DNA of 45,755 nucleotides, the filler included, from Catajapyx aquilonaris (Eukaryota), in NCBI GenBank assembly GCA_000934665.2. It is 2 parts of 2 records of this genome, joined end to end, with 100 filler letters (N's around TTAATTAATTAA, not from the genome) between each part and the next. Parts side by side here need not be neighbours in the genome. Positions count along the whole stretch, not along the records: positions 22,916 to 45,755 come from JYFJ02005804.1; 1 more part is not named here. The stretch is one strand, 5' to 3'. Shown here one piece after another: positions 24,816 to 37,300 of this stretch (the first letter of the stretch is position 1; every line of letters starts with the position of its first letter). Below the pieces are notes generated by a model that saw nothing but the letters and a program-made list of their open reading frames with translations, ran no database searches and was not told the DNA's origin. Both the position numbers and the translations under genes were made by a program.

Positions 24816-26149
24816 CCTGCTTCTTATGAATAACCTCCGGATTCTTGTTATTGTACCGAGTTTTTCGGCTCGACTTACCGGACATGAATATGAGATGTCA
24901 CATGATAGGAAGAAGTCACACGTTCCAATTCGCTAACTCAATTCGTAATGTCTGTTGCGCAGTTGAGGTTAATTTTTATGCGTCGGTCTCTATAGCAATC
25001 AGTTGTGTCAGTTCTATAGAAACGAAATGGTGTGGGTTACGCGAGGTATTTGTTGATATGAGTTGCGTGGCAATTAGAAAATAAAATAAACTTAATTTAA
25101 TTGATTTTTTATTTAATTTTTTATTTAATTTTTTAATTGGCTGTGAGATGAAATAGGCTAATTTGCATAGAGGTTAGGGGGATAAGTTGGTGCAGTACGG
25201 AGGTATGTTCAAAACTTGAAGTCTCTGTGTGCAAGGATAAGGCCTGTAGAGCTCGGCAAAAAATCGTCCCAACAAGGCAAAAAAATTAATTGTTGGAAAA
25301 CTACCTGACGATCTTACTTATAGGGACTATCGTCCCTACAATTAGTAGTCTATGAGAATCTGCAACACCTTTAATAATATTATGATTGTTCCAAGATTGG
25401 CAAGCGGCTCAAAATTTTCGGCATTAAACTAAATTCGACTGAAACATTTACCATTAATTGCAGAGAGTACGGTAATTCAATTGGACTTACTCGTAATAGT
25501 GTATAGTTGGCAAGAGAGTAGGCTAGTAATAATACCCTCTATAGTCTATAATATCCGCCTTGCCGACCCGACACTTATTATTTCCGAAGAAGTCCTAGAA
25601 ACTTCACGATTGATTTCACAGCCACTTAATAAACGTGCATATACCTCGTCACGACGAGGGATTTCTTGAGAAATCTGGCATTAAATGAGTGTAAGCTAGA
25701 TGCATAAGATTATAATTATAATATCGACAGAATACAAGGACAAATCGATATAAGCAGTGATTTTGTATTTTGGGTACGGCATCATGTTATGATGAAAGTC
25801 TGATGAAAGTACCTGCACCTCATTATTTTAATCTCACTACCCCCCCCCCCCNCCCCCCCCAAAAAAAAAAACGCAATTTTACATATTATCTCCCAATAAT
25901 GGCTACATAACCAGCTTGTTGTATTGTGACATGGGAAGGGATTGCACGAAGTATAGCTTACACAAAATAAATGTAGATTTTGCAACTAACTCAACATTAC
26001 TACGTGTAAGGGAACGTCTCAAGGACAAAGCACGAAGAAATATTTTTTCAAACATGATTGCTGGTTTGGTGATAAAAATGCCTCAAACGAAATAGTCATA
26101 TAAAAGAATAACTCTGCTTATGGCTTTCAGTTCACACCGATCGAAAGTC

Positions 26150-29100
26150 ATGGACAGTTTCTATAATGGACGACATGTCCCGGTCACAGGAGGGGCAGGA
26201 TTCTTGGGGAAAGTTCTAGTTGAAAAGTTGCTTCGGGCCACTCGCATTGATGCACTTTACGTGTTGATGCGTGAGAAGAAAGGTCAGAGTCCACGAGACA
26301 GATTCCAGCACGTGCTTCAGGACAAGGTATACGGAATTTGTGCCTGTTGTTTGCTGTATTGTAATACCCTAGGTCATGGTTGATGGCTTTGAATGGGTGG
26401 GCCAGAGAGAGACTGGAGTGACCTATATCTATGAGAGTTTGGTTTTCAGTTTACGTGCATGGCCAATACTATAAAATCTCGCGAACCTTTCAGCTGCTTG
26501 GCAAGCTGCGAGAGTCCGATCCCGAAGTCTTGTCCAAGATCCGTGTCCTGGAGGGAGACATTGAGCTTCCAGGGTTAGGGCTCGGCCATGAGGACAAGAT
26601 GATGGTCACGGATCAAGTGTCGGTGGTGTTCCACTGCGCTGCATCAATACGATTCGATGACACTTTGAGACGAGCGGCACGCTCCAACCTGGAAGGAACC
26701 ATTAACGTCGCAGATTTATGCAAGGAAATGACAAAACTAGAGGTGAGAATTTATTACTTATACCTGCAAAGGGAATAAAGTGTAAATTACCATTATTTTG
26801 TAATCACATTTGCTAACTTAGCAAGCAGTGTTGCCAAAATTGGGCGACGCGTCGAACTTAGTTTGACAGAAGCGACAACCTTCTTTTATCGTGAAAAATC
26901 GAGGCAAATTGGTAAAATACCATGGCACACAAAGGAGACAGCCAAGAAAAGCCTGCTGCGATGTGTTAAAATATGGCTGATGTTTAAAAATACGCCCGTC
27001 AAAAAACAAACAAACTTAACAACCTGTATTCTACGCAGTACTTCACATGATTAAGGCGAGTCATACGTATTTAAGAGGCATATATAGTTCTCAGTGGTGT
27101 GCCGACAAAGGCAGACCTAACAATGACGGAAACAAACTAACTTGTATCACAAACACACATTCAATGATTATTATTATCGGCACGAAAACAAAAGATGAAC
27201 TACCGTATACTTATTTTGCAGGCTTTGGTCCATGTGTCCACCGCATATGCCAACTGCGACAGACGAGTGATAGAGGAAGAAGTGTGCGAGGCTTCCATCC
27301 CTCCCAGGAAGTTCCTCAAGTGCCTCGACCTGATGGATGACGACGTGATCCAAGCAGTGTCCTCCGAGTGAGTATGCAAACTAACCACTAACTGAACCTA
27401 TAGTCTACACCTGGTCCATTACTTTGTTGGCAACCGACACACCGGCACAAACTGATTACATCATTTCGTGGAGTCACTTACACAGCACTGAGAAAACCGT
27501 GCCCGTTCCGTACGTTGTATATATAAGAAATATTTTTCCAATATGATTGCTGGTTTGATGATAAAAATGTCTCAACCGAAATAGTCATATAAAAGAGTAA
27601 CCCTGCTTATGGCTCTCAGTTTGTCACAAGAACTTATTGCAAGTTTCTGAAGGGCAAGCCGAACTCCTACGTATTCGTGAAGTGTCTGGCTGAGAATGCC
27701 ATGAAGGAAGAGCATCAGAAGGGTCTTCCTGTCACCATTGTGCGGCCCTCGATAAGTATACGAGACAACGGTTCTATATAACCTTACATTGACCATTTTC
27801 ATCATGCAATGAAAAGCAGTCTTCTGATATAAGACCTAATTTATTTTGTTTATTCTCCGTGTAGTTTTCCCTACTTATCAAGAGCCAATAAATGGATGGT
27901 GCGACAACTACTTTGGAGTTGTCGGCATGTCCTACGTGATAGGAATTGGCTTGGTGCATGCAGTTTTGCTGGATAACAGCAAAATGGTGGATATTGTCCC
28001 CGTGGACATGACTACCAATATTATTATAGCTTCTGCCTGGCATACCGCAACGTTCAAGTAAGTATGGGTCAAGAAATAGTGTCTTGGTGTATATGAGGGA
28101 AAAGTTAAGCGCGTTGAAACAGCGCAGTGTATTATTCAGTAAGTTATGCGATCATATGTCGAGATTTTTCTGCGGTCAGATTCTTAACTATACAGGCGGG
28201 ACTGCTGCAGTAGGTACTGGTGTAAAAAGAATAATTACATGCTCTACTCGATTAAATAGTTTTCGATTTTTCGCTCTAATACTTTTAAACTAGATAGCAA
28301 TGAGTGCACAGCTTGTAATGGCAACACCTAACGAGGTATTTCCGTAACAGCATATGTAGTGTATGGTGTAGTGCACTGTACGAGTCCACAGCCCTTTTCC
28401 AATAACGCATATTTCAGGCGGAAGGAAATGCAGGTGTATAATTATGCCAGTGGCAGCCTGGTCCCGATTTCCTGGGGTGACTATTGCTACTGGATGTATC
28501 ACTGTACCAACAAGAATCCTCTTCCCGGGTATCCTTGGTTCCTCACAACCAGCCGCAGAGAAATATTCAAAATTCTGGACTATTGCTTTCACTACCTCCC
28601 AGCGAAAGCGGTTGATGCCATCAACAACTTACGAGGAAAAGAATCTGGGTGAGCAGACAACAATAATAATTAATAAATTCTAAGCTAAATAGAAGGACAT
28701 CAACATAAAATCTACTGTAGTTGGAAATAAATTACATTTTACACAGTATAGACTATACTTGTGCTTTTACGAGCCTGACAATATCGCAGTATTTCTAAAC
28801 CTGGCCTTCTCTCGGATGATACTATGATATTACAGTACTTCATTAGTGTATTTAGTGAATTAGAAATATCTGAAAAATGTAGAACGAAGAATAAAGTCGC
28901 GACTTTTTTTAAATTGCGTACATTCTCTACTGATGTGAATTGGTACTTCGTAGATGAATTGAACCTTATGTTTTCCAAGCAGTCGCCTTTGGGACTGTAA
29001 TATAATATTACTCCCCAAGCAAAAAACTGGCAATATGATATGTCCCATTGTCCCTCAAAAGTATTTCTTCGAGGATTAGAATAAACAATGGTTATCACCG

Positions 29101-29886
29101 TTTCTACCAGAGTCTGACTGATAGTTCTGCATTCCAGGTGTCCGAATTTATGAATCGGATAAAAGTTACAATAATTCTGAACTAAAATAATCCACATATC
29201 AACATGCAAATCCTAATCATGCCTTCTCGCCGTGATTACGATTTCAGATTTGTCAAACGGTACGACCGAATATCTAAAGTAACAGAAGCCGTCAGTTACT
29301 TTTCCATTCGAGAATGGAGCTTTTCGAGCAAGAATGTACTGTCTCTGATGGAACTGATGACACCAGATGATCAAGATCGCTTTAATTTCGACGTGCGTAA
29401 GGTGGATCTCGTGAAAGCAGCGTACCACTGCTGCATGGGCTCCAGGAAGTACACGAGAAACGAGAACTTCGACAACCTTCCTGTAGTTCGTCGTCGACAC
29501 AGAATGTAAGCATTTCAAATAATGTAATTTAACCAATGAACACGTAATAATGTAAAAAGGTTTTAACGTGACTGGTGCTTTGCTAATTGCTACTGTATAT
29601 TAAGAGATAGCCCTTCGAAACAAGTGACGTCATTGGTAAAACGTAGTCGTAGAACCTGTCACTCATGCATGTATGTTTGTACATTCATACATGTAGATTA
29701 ATATGTATATTTTAACATACTGTTCGTGTAATAAGACCACTAAATCTGTCTATATTTTTCAGGCTGTACGTGGCCAACTTGACGATGAAGAGTGTAGTCG
29801 TAATACCTGTCATTTACGGGCTCTACAAGATGTGGATCACAGCTATTCAGAGCACAGAAAGTTTTTTATTTCCAGATAGCATATAA
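26150..29886 (+). CDS. Fatty acyl-CoA reductase, copy A (8 exons, ~496 aa; exon-4 acceptor altered)
   Basis: Exons 26150-26326 (upstream in-frame ATG at 26120), 26494-26742, 27222-27367, 27643(or 27631)-27755, 27865-28057, 28418-28648, 29248-29505, 29763-29886. Motifs TGGAGFLGKVLVEKLLR, VFHCAASIRFD, LVHVSTAY, NSYVFVK (YxxxK), IVRPSI, GWCDN, DIVPVD, F.FDVR, plus a C-terminal hydrophobic tail. Intron phases are consistent. Confidence 0.9.
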
Positions 29887-30549
29887 ATATTTCAATATAA
29901 TATTATCATGCAATTTTTTGGCGTTGGTTATAATGATAATTACAAAATAAGGGACCGGTTATAAGATTATTAAAATATAAAGTACTGTGTAAGAATCACT
30001 GCATTGCAAATACTGTTTCATTGACTTATATTAGTTTCAGAGCAATAATAATAATTATAACATGTGCATTGTGCAAGTATATAGTCCTGACAGCATGGTT
30101 GTCTCTGTCGTACAGTACAGGGTCTCGTGATATACGGTATAATTATATGTTATTACATTGCAGCAATATAAATGCGTCAGAAAAAAATACGAAATACTCT
30201 AGTCTTTTTTCTGCACAGGCAAAGAAGGCATATTGCCAAATGGAGTGTGCCACACTCAGCATCTGCAACATTTGGGAATAATACCTTTTTTCAGACAATG
30301 TTTCACGTATCTGATAGTCAGCCTTTCTTATGGATGCAAGTAATATACCGTACCGTACGTTATATTATAATTATTTTGCAAAGGACAATATCATAACTCC
30401 GGTACACGTTCACACGATATGATTATCCACCCGGAGTTTGATTTAACTGACTCTATCTATATTTCAAAATATTTTCAGTAAAATATTATTGGTAAATGAA
30501 CCTCTCTCCTTATGAATGACTTACTTGTAGGGACAAGATAACCTATGGG

Positions 30550-30657
30550 TTTTGGGAGGTGGCTTGTGACCTTGGCAACCATCGAATCCTGATTGGTCGA
30601 CCGGTATAGGTGGCGGGGCTAATTATGGCTGCCAAGGACACAAGCCACCTCCCAAAA
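30550..30657. repeat. Small foldback / MITE-like element with 33-bp inverted repeats
   Basis: TTTTGGGAGGTGGCTTGTGACCTTGGCAACCAT (30550-30582) pairs with ATGGCTGCCAAGGACACAAGCCACCTCCCAAAA (30625-30657); 2 mismatches. Confidence 0.85.
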
Positions 30658-31362
30658 TAAAACGCATGAGTCGAGTCATAAAAAATTCATTTTGCGGCGT
30701 AACGTCGGCCACTATAGTCAAAAAATGACACTTTTCCGTGTTCTTCTTGCGATACAAAATTATTACACAATGAAGATAGGTAAACAACTCTCATGTATGT
30801 TAAGTAGATTTAAACAAGCTTTCTACGGCTTTCTAATAAGTAGAGTACGTTGCAAGTATGTACTAATAAGTACGTACTTGGGATGTTGATAACTGCTAAC
30901 TATACATCTCGGTACATGCTTTAAAAACATCTACGCCGGAGTACATTGGGATTACTAAAGATTTTATGGCCATTTTCTTTAAATTATCATTACCACGCAC
31001 CATGTATGGTATTTAAGCGATCAGATGGATTCTTGGGCCAATATTCTTGTAACTGCTAGAAATATTCCTTGTTCAAAAGTAACATCTACATAATAATAAG
31101 CAAATGGCAAAAAGATGACATCATTCGGATTCGTTTGTTTCGGTTTGTTTGGAACACACGACTGTTTAGTATCGTTACCATGGCGTCAGTTCCAATCCTG
31201 CAAGATTTTCAGATCACTTCTGGATTCAGCATTCATCTCAGTACCAATGTGAGTACATCCACGAATCGGGTAATGTGCCAGATATAACAGCACCATACAG
31301 TACTGTTTGCTCATACTGTAACAGGCTACTGTGAAACATAAGGATTGTCGTCGAAAATAATT

Positions 31363-34300
31363 ATGACAAATGCACAAGACGGAAAAATGGAAGGCGGTTT
31401 GTACGTGGCACTGCTGCTCCTGATAGCAGCTGAAGGTACTTACTACATCGCACTTACACAACTGCAAGGTGCATTCGTAACCTGTATTTTTTAAATATTC
31501 CAGGCACTTTGGCTGATGGTGACTCGGTTGTACCAAAGCCGAAGCGCGATGTGTGGGCGCAGATGTCCGGAATCAAGACCAAGGTGGGCTACCTGGAGTG
31601 GTTGATCGACGGATGCGCCACGAGTCCTCATCAAGTCTTGTATCACTGCAAGTCCACACCCATCCAGGAGAGGGATTACCAGTCGTTTGATGGATTCGGA
31701 AACAGCGAGGCCTTTCCCACCAGAGGAATGGCCGGTAAGAACTCGCTTTACACTGGAGCCAAAACCGGAGGTAAAGCAATGGGATGCGTTCCAGGATCTT
31801 TTCCATCTCCTCGTTGCACAGCCGCAATTATTTTGTTAGGTTGTTCCTGATTATGTACACTATATGGATAGATGGAAAAGTGGACTTCGGTTTTTCTTTT
31901 TCCCATCCATATGGTATCGGTCGTGCGAAAATCATTGAAATTTTTAATGTTTAAAATTGCAGCAGGAGACGTCAGTAATTACTCGTATTTGCATCCCTTT
32001 TTAGTTAAATGGGAAGCTTTAAGTACTAAATAATTTGCAATTTATTAGACTTTATAAAGTTAAACGCATGGAAAAGTTCTCAGAGACTATGAGGATTAAA
32101 GGAAAAGAAAGTATTTGTGCTATTCGGCATAATATATAAGCTTATGCACAGTAAATGTGACACCCTCGGTAAGTTTAATTTTTCATAAATATATTACTGA
32201 CCGATTAATAAAGCTCTTAATTGCTGTATTAATTACTCTATTAATAATAATCATGGTACATCATGGTCGTACATCTTGGCAAAAACTATTCTGGAAGTTC
32301 TCATTTCGTCACACTCCTGTTTAGAATCGCCTCGTTCAAACGCTCTAAAAAAAAACGTTTCCAACACAATTTTGAACAGGATCCAAAATGAACCAGAACA
32401 TGGTGTACCAATACACGGACCGGGTGTCTAAACCAGGGATGTTGGATGCTCCAAACCCCCTGAAGCTGAGCTACGAGCTGTTCAGGCACGGAAAAATCAC
32501 GACGAGTAAAACCCATAATCGTCTCCTCGTCACAGGAAGGAATCAACTCCTCCACTTTTTCGGTGAAGTATACCATTTTCATATTAAACTTGTCAGCATA
32601 GCGGGATGATAGGTTGGGATTGCAAAGACACTTGTCCTAATCGCTTTTGGGGAACTACAATCCGTTTAAACCAAAGAACGATATGACGTCACGTTCAGCT
32701 CCGCCTCCACCCGGCTCTTCCTTCCACTAATGTCCCCGAATAGCTCTGCAAGCATACTACTGCGCGTACTCAGAAAACACGGTTGGTATGACGTCAGATC
32801 GTTCTTCGTTTAAAAGACTGCAAGTCGCACCAATGCGCACATGCCCAGCTTCCATCATAATAATCGAGAATATAATCGCCAAAATGGGAAGGGTTTCTGT
32901 TCAATGTCTTGATGCAATGTGACATGTGACCGTACCGATAGGCAAGTACGTGGTAGAGGAGCTGGTGAACACCAGGACGATGTCGTGTCCGATGGAGTTC
33001 TTCCACATACCGATCCCCAAAGGCGTGGAGCCCTGGAGCAGCAGCGGTGCCGAGTACATGCCGTTCGTTCGGGCGCAACATGACCCAGGGACAGGGACCA
33101 GCAGCCAGAACCAGCGTCTGCAGGTCAACAAGGTCACCCCTTGGATCGACGCCAGCTCGGTGTACGGCCCGTCTCGCATGTGGGCCAACATCCTCCGGAC
33201 ACGGCACGACGGAGAGATCGAGAAGGACGGGATGCTGGCCTCGGACGGCTCGGGCCTCTACCCAGAATACAACTGGATGCGACTGCCCTTCAACAACCAG
33301 CCTACCTGCGTCAACCATACCTTCTACGAGCAGGTCAAGTTGGGATTCCCCACCGGACGCCTGCACGGGTTCGGACACGTCAACGGGAACGACAACCCGG
33401 CCTTGTTCGCCATCTCCACCGTCTGGTTCAGGTGGCACAACGCCCTGGCCGACTACTTCAGGGCCAAGCACCCCAGCCTCAGCGACGAGGTCATCTTCCA
33501 GGAGGCCAGGAGGTGGGTCATCGCCACCATGCAGAGGGTTATCATGTACGAGTGGTTCAATACCACCTTCACCATGCCTCTCCCGCCATACCAAGGCTAC
33601 GACTTCTCCAACGATCCGCAGATGGAGCTTGCCGTGGCCTCCGCCGCACTCAGATTCGGACACATGCACATTCCGAAAGGTCTGTAAAGTCCTTTAAGCC
33701 AAAGAACGATCTGACGTCACACCAGCTGTGTTTTCTGAGCATGCGCAGGACATGATTGGAGGGACGAGCCGGGTGGAGGCGGGGCTGAAAGTGACGTCAG
33801 ATCATTCTTTGGTTTAACGGACTGTATTGTATAATCCTGGGACACATACAGAGTACGAACCATCATGATAATAATTATGATGTAATACATGATGTGCAGT
33901 GATGAACATGAGGCTTCGGGCATCTTTCTCATGCATCGGACAACCTTACACTGTGGCGGGAGCAGTGGCGAGCAAGACAGGCATCCGGGTGTGCCAGTCG
34001 TACTGGACAGGTCAGGACACCTTCTACCACGACCTGATGAAGCCATCAGGAACGGCCTCCCAGGTGGAACCACCCTACCTCCTGATGGGTCTGGCCAACC
34101 AGCAGGCCAGGTCGGAAGGAAACGTCATGGAGGAGGACGTCAGAGGTTAGGCACTTTACAAAAAAATTCTGTCACTTTAACATCACCCTCTGACACGTTT
34201 ACCACCAATTATTGTTAGAGTATTTGTACGGACCGATGTCGTTCAGTCGACGCGACCTGGCCGCCATTGACATTCAGAGAACCAGGGATTTCGGGGTGCC

Positions 34301-37300
34301 GGACTACAATTCGTGGAGGAAGCACTTTAATTTGCCCGTGCTGACGAAGCTCGAAGAGATTGCTGACACTATTGATGGCCAAGTGGTCAGCAGGGAGGTA
34401 TAGTCACATGTGTCTCTTGTTAATTTCATGCACAATTTTGTTAAACCTACTGGAATCTTCTGCTGATTTTGTTCATTGAGATCCTGCGGAAGGCCGACGA
34501 GATTTACGCAAATGGCAAGATTGACTTGTACGTGGGAGGGATGCTGGAGAGCAGGGGTGAAGTGCCAGGCCCTCTCTTCGAGGCCATGATTAGAAGCTAT
34601 TTCGCGGCAGTCAGAAATGGAGACATGTATTGGTACGAGAACAAGGACAACGGGTAAGTGCGAAAACCTGCAATGCCAACGTGCAATTTATTCGTAGACA
34701 CACAAAATACGCGTAATAAGGAATTCTTCGCAGATTGTCCTTTTCGCACTGGATACGTGTTTGTTTTCTTACCAAAGTACTCCACAGGCGCTTCTCGGAC
34801 GAGGAGATCACCCGCATCAACCAGGTGAAATTCAGCGACATCATGCTGTACGTCACCAACATGGTCGCCGATGACATCCATGAAGACGCGTTTGTTCTGC
34901 CGCGCTTAGGTATAAGCATGTTATCACGGGTGATCTTCAGTTACCCAGTTACGGTATTGCATAACCAATATTCCTCCATGTGGCAGACGACCTGAGGGAT
35001 AACCACAAGTGCAAGCTAACCTTTTCCAAATCGACGAAGACTTGCTACAGGGAAGATTGGTCCGGGGCAGGCGAGAAGTGCTACTTCATTCCCGATGCCA
35101 ACGGTACGGACGAGGTGGAGCCATGCAGCCCATTGAAGCAGTACTCCTTCTTCGCCGGGAACGAGATCAGCATAGCCTTCACCGCCCTTTTCTTCGTTTC
35201 CGTCCTGGCTGGCCTCATGGGCACGCTCAACTTCAAGATCGCATCATCCTCTCAGAAGTGGAGCAAGAGGGCTCCGGAGATGCTGGGCCTGGAGCAGATG
35301 GCCTCCTCCGTGGATAAGAAGAGCTTCACGGCCATGGAGTTCCAAGGGATCAAGAGGGGCTCGCGACAGGTCATTGTGGTGCTCAACTACCATGAGAACA
35401 CCATACAGCTGTGGGGTCCCCTGGGAGGAGAGCTGAGGACGGTGCCGCTCAGCCTCTTCAAAAAGGTCTACATCATCCTGGGATCCGACGGACAGCACCT
35501 TATCGTGAAGGTTCCTTTCGAGTACGATATCGTGCTAGAGTTTGTGCTGGCGTCTCACAGGGACAACGTGATGACTGCGCTGGGTAGTTTCTTCAGCGAC
35601 AACAACATTGCTTACCTCTGCCAGAACCTGAAGCTGAACGCAGCCTTGTCCCAGACTGTGACCTTCGAGGACCGGCAGGCCATCTTGAAGCGGTTCTTTT
35701 CGGTCATTATCCTCCAGACCCAAAAAGTGTACAAGACCACGGAGGCTGTGCTGAGTGCCAGGGAGATCCGGAAGAGGTACGCTCAGGTCGAGGACGTGCA
35801 TCTGAACGAGATCGAGTTTGCTGAGGCGCTCGGGATGAACCAAAATTCCAAGTTCCTGAAAAAGGTGAGCCTCGAGTTTCAGAGGAATGCTGGCACAACA
35901 GGCTAAAAGCTATGAGCGAACACTTTGTACGGACGTGGACAGTGCACCACCCTGTATACGCTTGGGAATTAATTGCAGTACAAAAGGCTTCTTCACTCAT
36001 TTCAGCTGTTCCGGTTGGTGGCAGGCACAAAGGCGTCGTACATCAGCGTGCGCGAATTCCTCAACTTCTTCCTCACGTTCAGTCGAGGTAACTCTAATGC
36101 ACCAAATGAACATTCTCGGTGGCGAAAAGAGCAAGAGTTCAATCAAATCAACTCTTTCTTCCCCTGTAGGACCGGCATTGCGAAAAGTCATGATGATGTT
36201 TCAGATGTACGACACCAAGGGAGCGGGCGTGCTCGGTTTTCCCGAGTTTAAGACCTTGCTAATGTGAGCAAATCTTCGACATCGGGGCTGGGGAAAACAG
36301 CGATGGGTTGTTGGATCCACTCGCGCATGCGCATTCCCACTGGTAGAACTCGATGTGTTAATAAGAAGCGCGAAGTGAGCATGCGCGACTGGAGCCAACA
36401 GTCCATCGCGTTTTATACTCCTCCAAATTGGGGCAAATTGCATACGGTACCCATCCATGTATTGCAGAAATTTGGCAGAAATTTCCATGCCCGGCATCAA
36501 TCAAGGGGACCTCAGTTCGGTGGTGGATGGGCTGATGAAGGACGCGGGAATCTATCACGTGGTAAGTTCAACGGAATTCATTTTTATTTATTTAGCTGTT
36601 TCGGCAGCCTTCACCTAAATCGCGGTCAATCCTTCAGAATGAGTTCAAACCCAGCGATCTGGAGTCGCTCCTTCAGGTGTATCGAAACGTCCTAGGATAC
36701 GCTCACCTGGACTTGTACGGGCCCAACATCCCCGAGACGGGTGGATCGGTGGCGATGCCGTTCAATCAGAGGCACTTGAGCTACTTCGACGCTGCCATGA
36801 TGGCGGCCTCAGACCTGTACGATAAGTCCCCCCTGTACGAAACGATAAGTTTCAATGCCTTGTTGCCGTAGCTCATGCGACTCAAATGGGATCATTTGCA
36901 CGGCCACTGGAGTGGAGCATCAGAATGCATATCTATAAAAATTTTATATATTTGATATTAACACATCCTGTGTATATTGTGAGCTGGAAAAGTAGCAAAC
37001 ATGTATAGCAGACCGGGTACAATTTTCTCATGCCTGTGTAAATGATCCTGCGTGGAATTACCCATATTCTTAATGCAAGTAATGATCAAGCACGCATTTC
37101 CGGCCTCTCCCTTTCCCCATTTATTCACAATAATACATTTCCCCTCAGAACTAATGCTCCGAGAGATGTCTTGAATGACCCAGCAAACACTGCCATTGTG
37201 TTAACGACAAAGACTAAGAAGAAGTCGCCCTTAGGTCAGCTGCTGTTTCAAATCAAGCTCGAATGGAATAAGTACATGCTGCTGTTAATAGTGGTGCTCA

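Noticed and set aside
25850..25871. C-run with an N followed by an A-run
   Set aside because: Low-complexity, low-quality homopolymer with no supportable function.
32794..33755. Long antisense and alternative-frame ORFs (291, 216, 204 aa) over Duox exon 4
   Set aside because: Shadow ORFs caused by high GC3 codon usage; no independent motifs.
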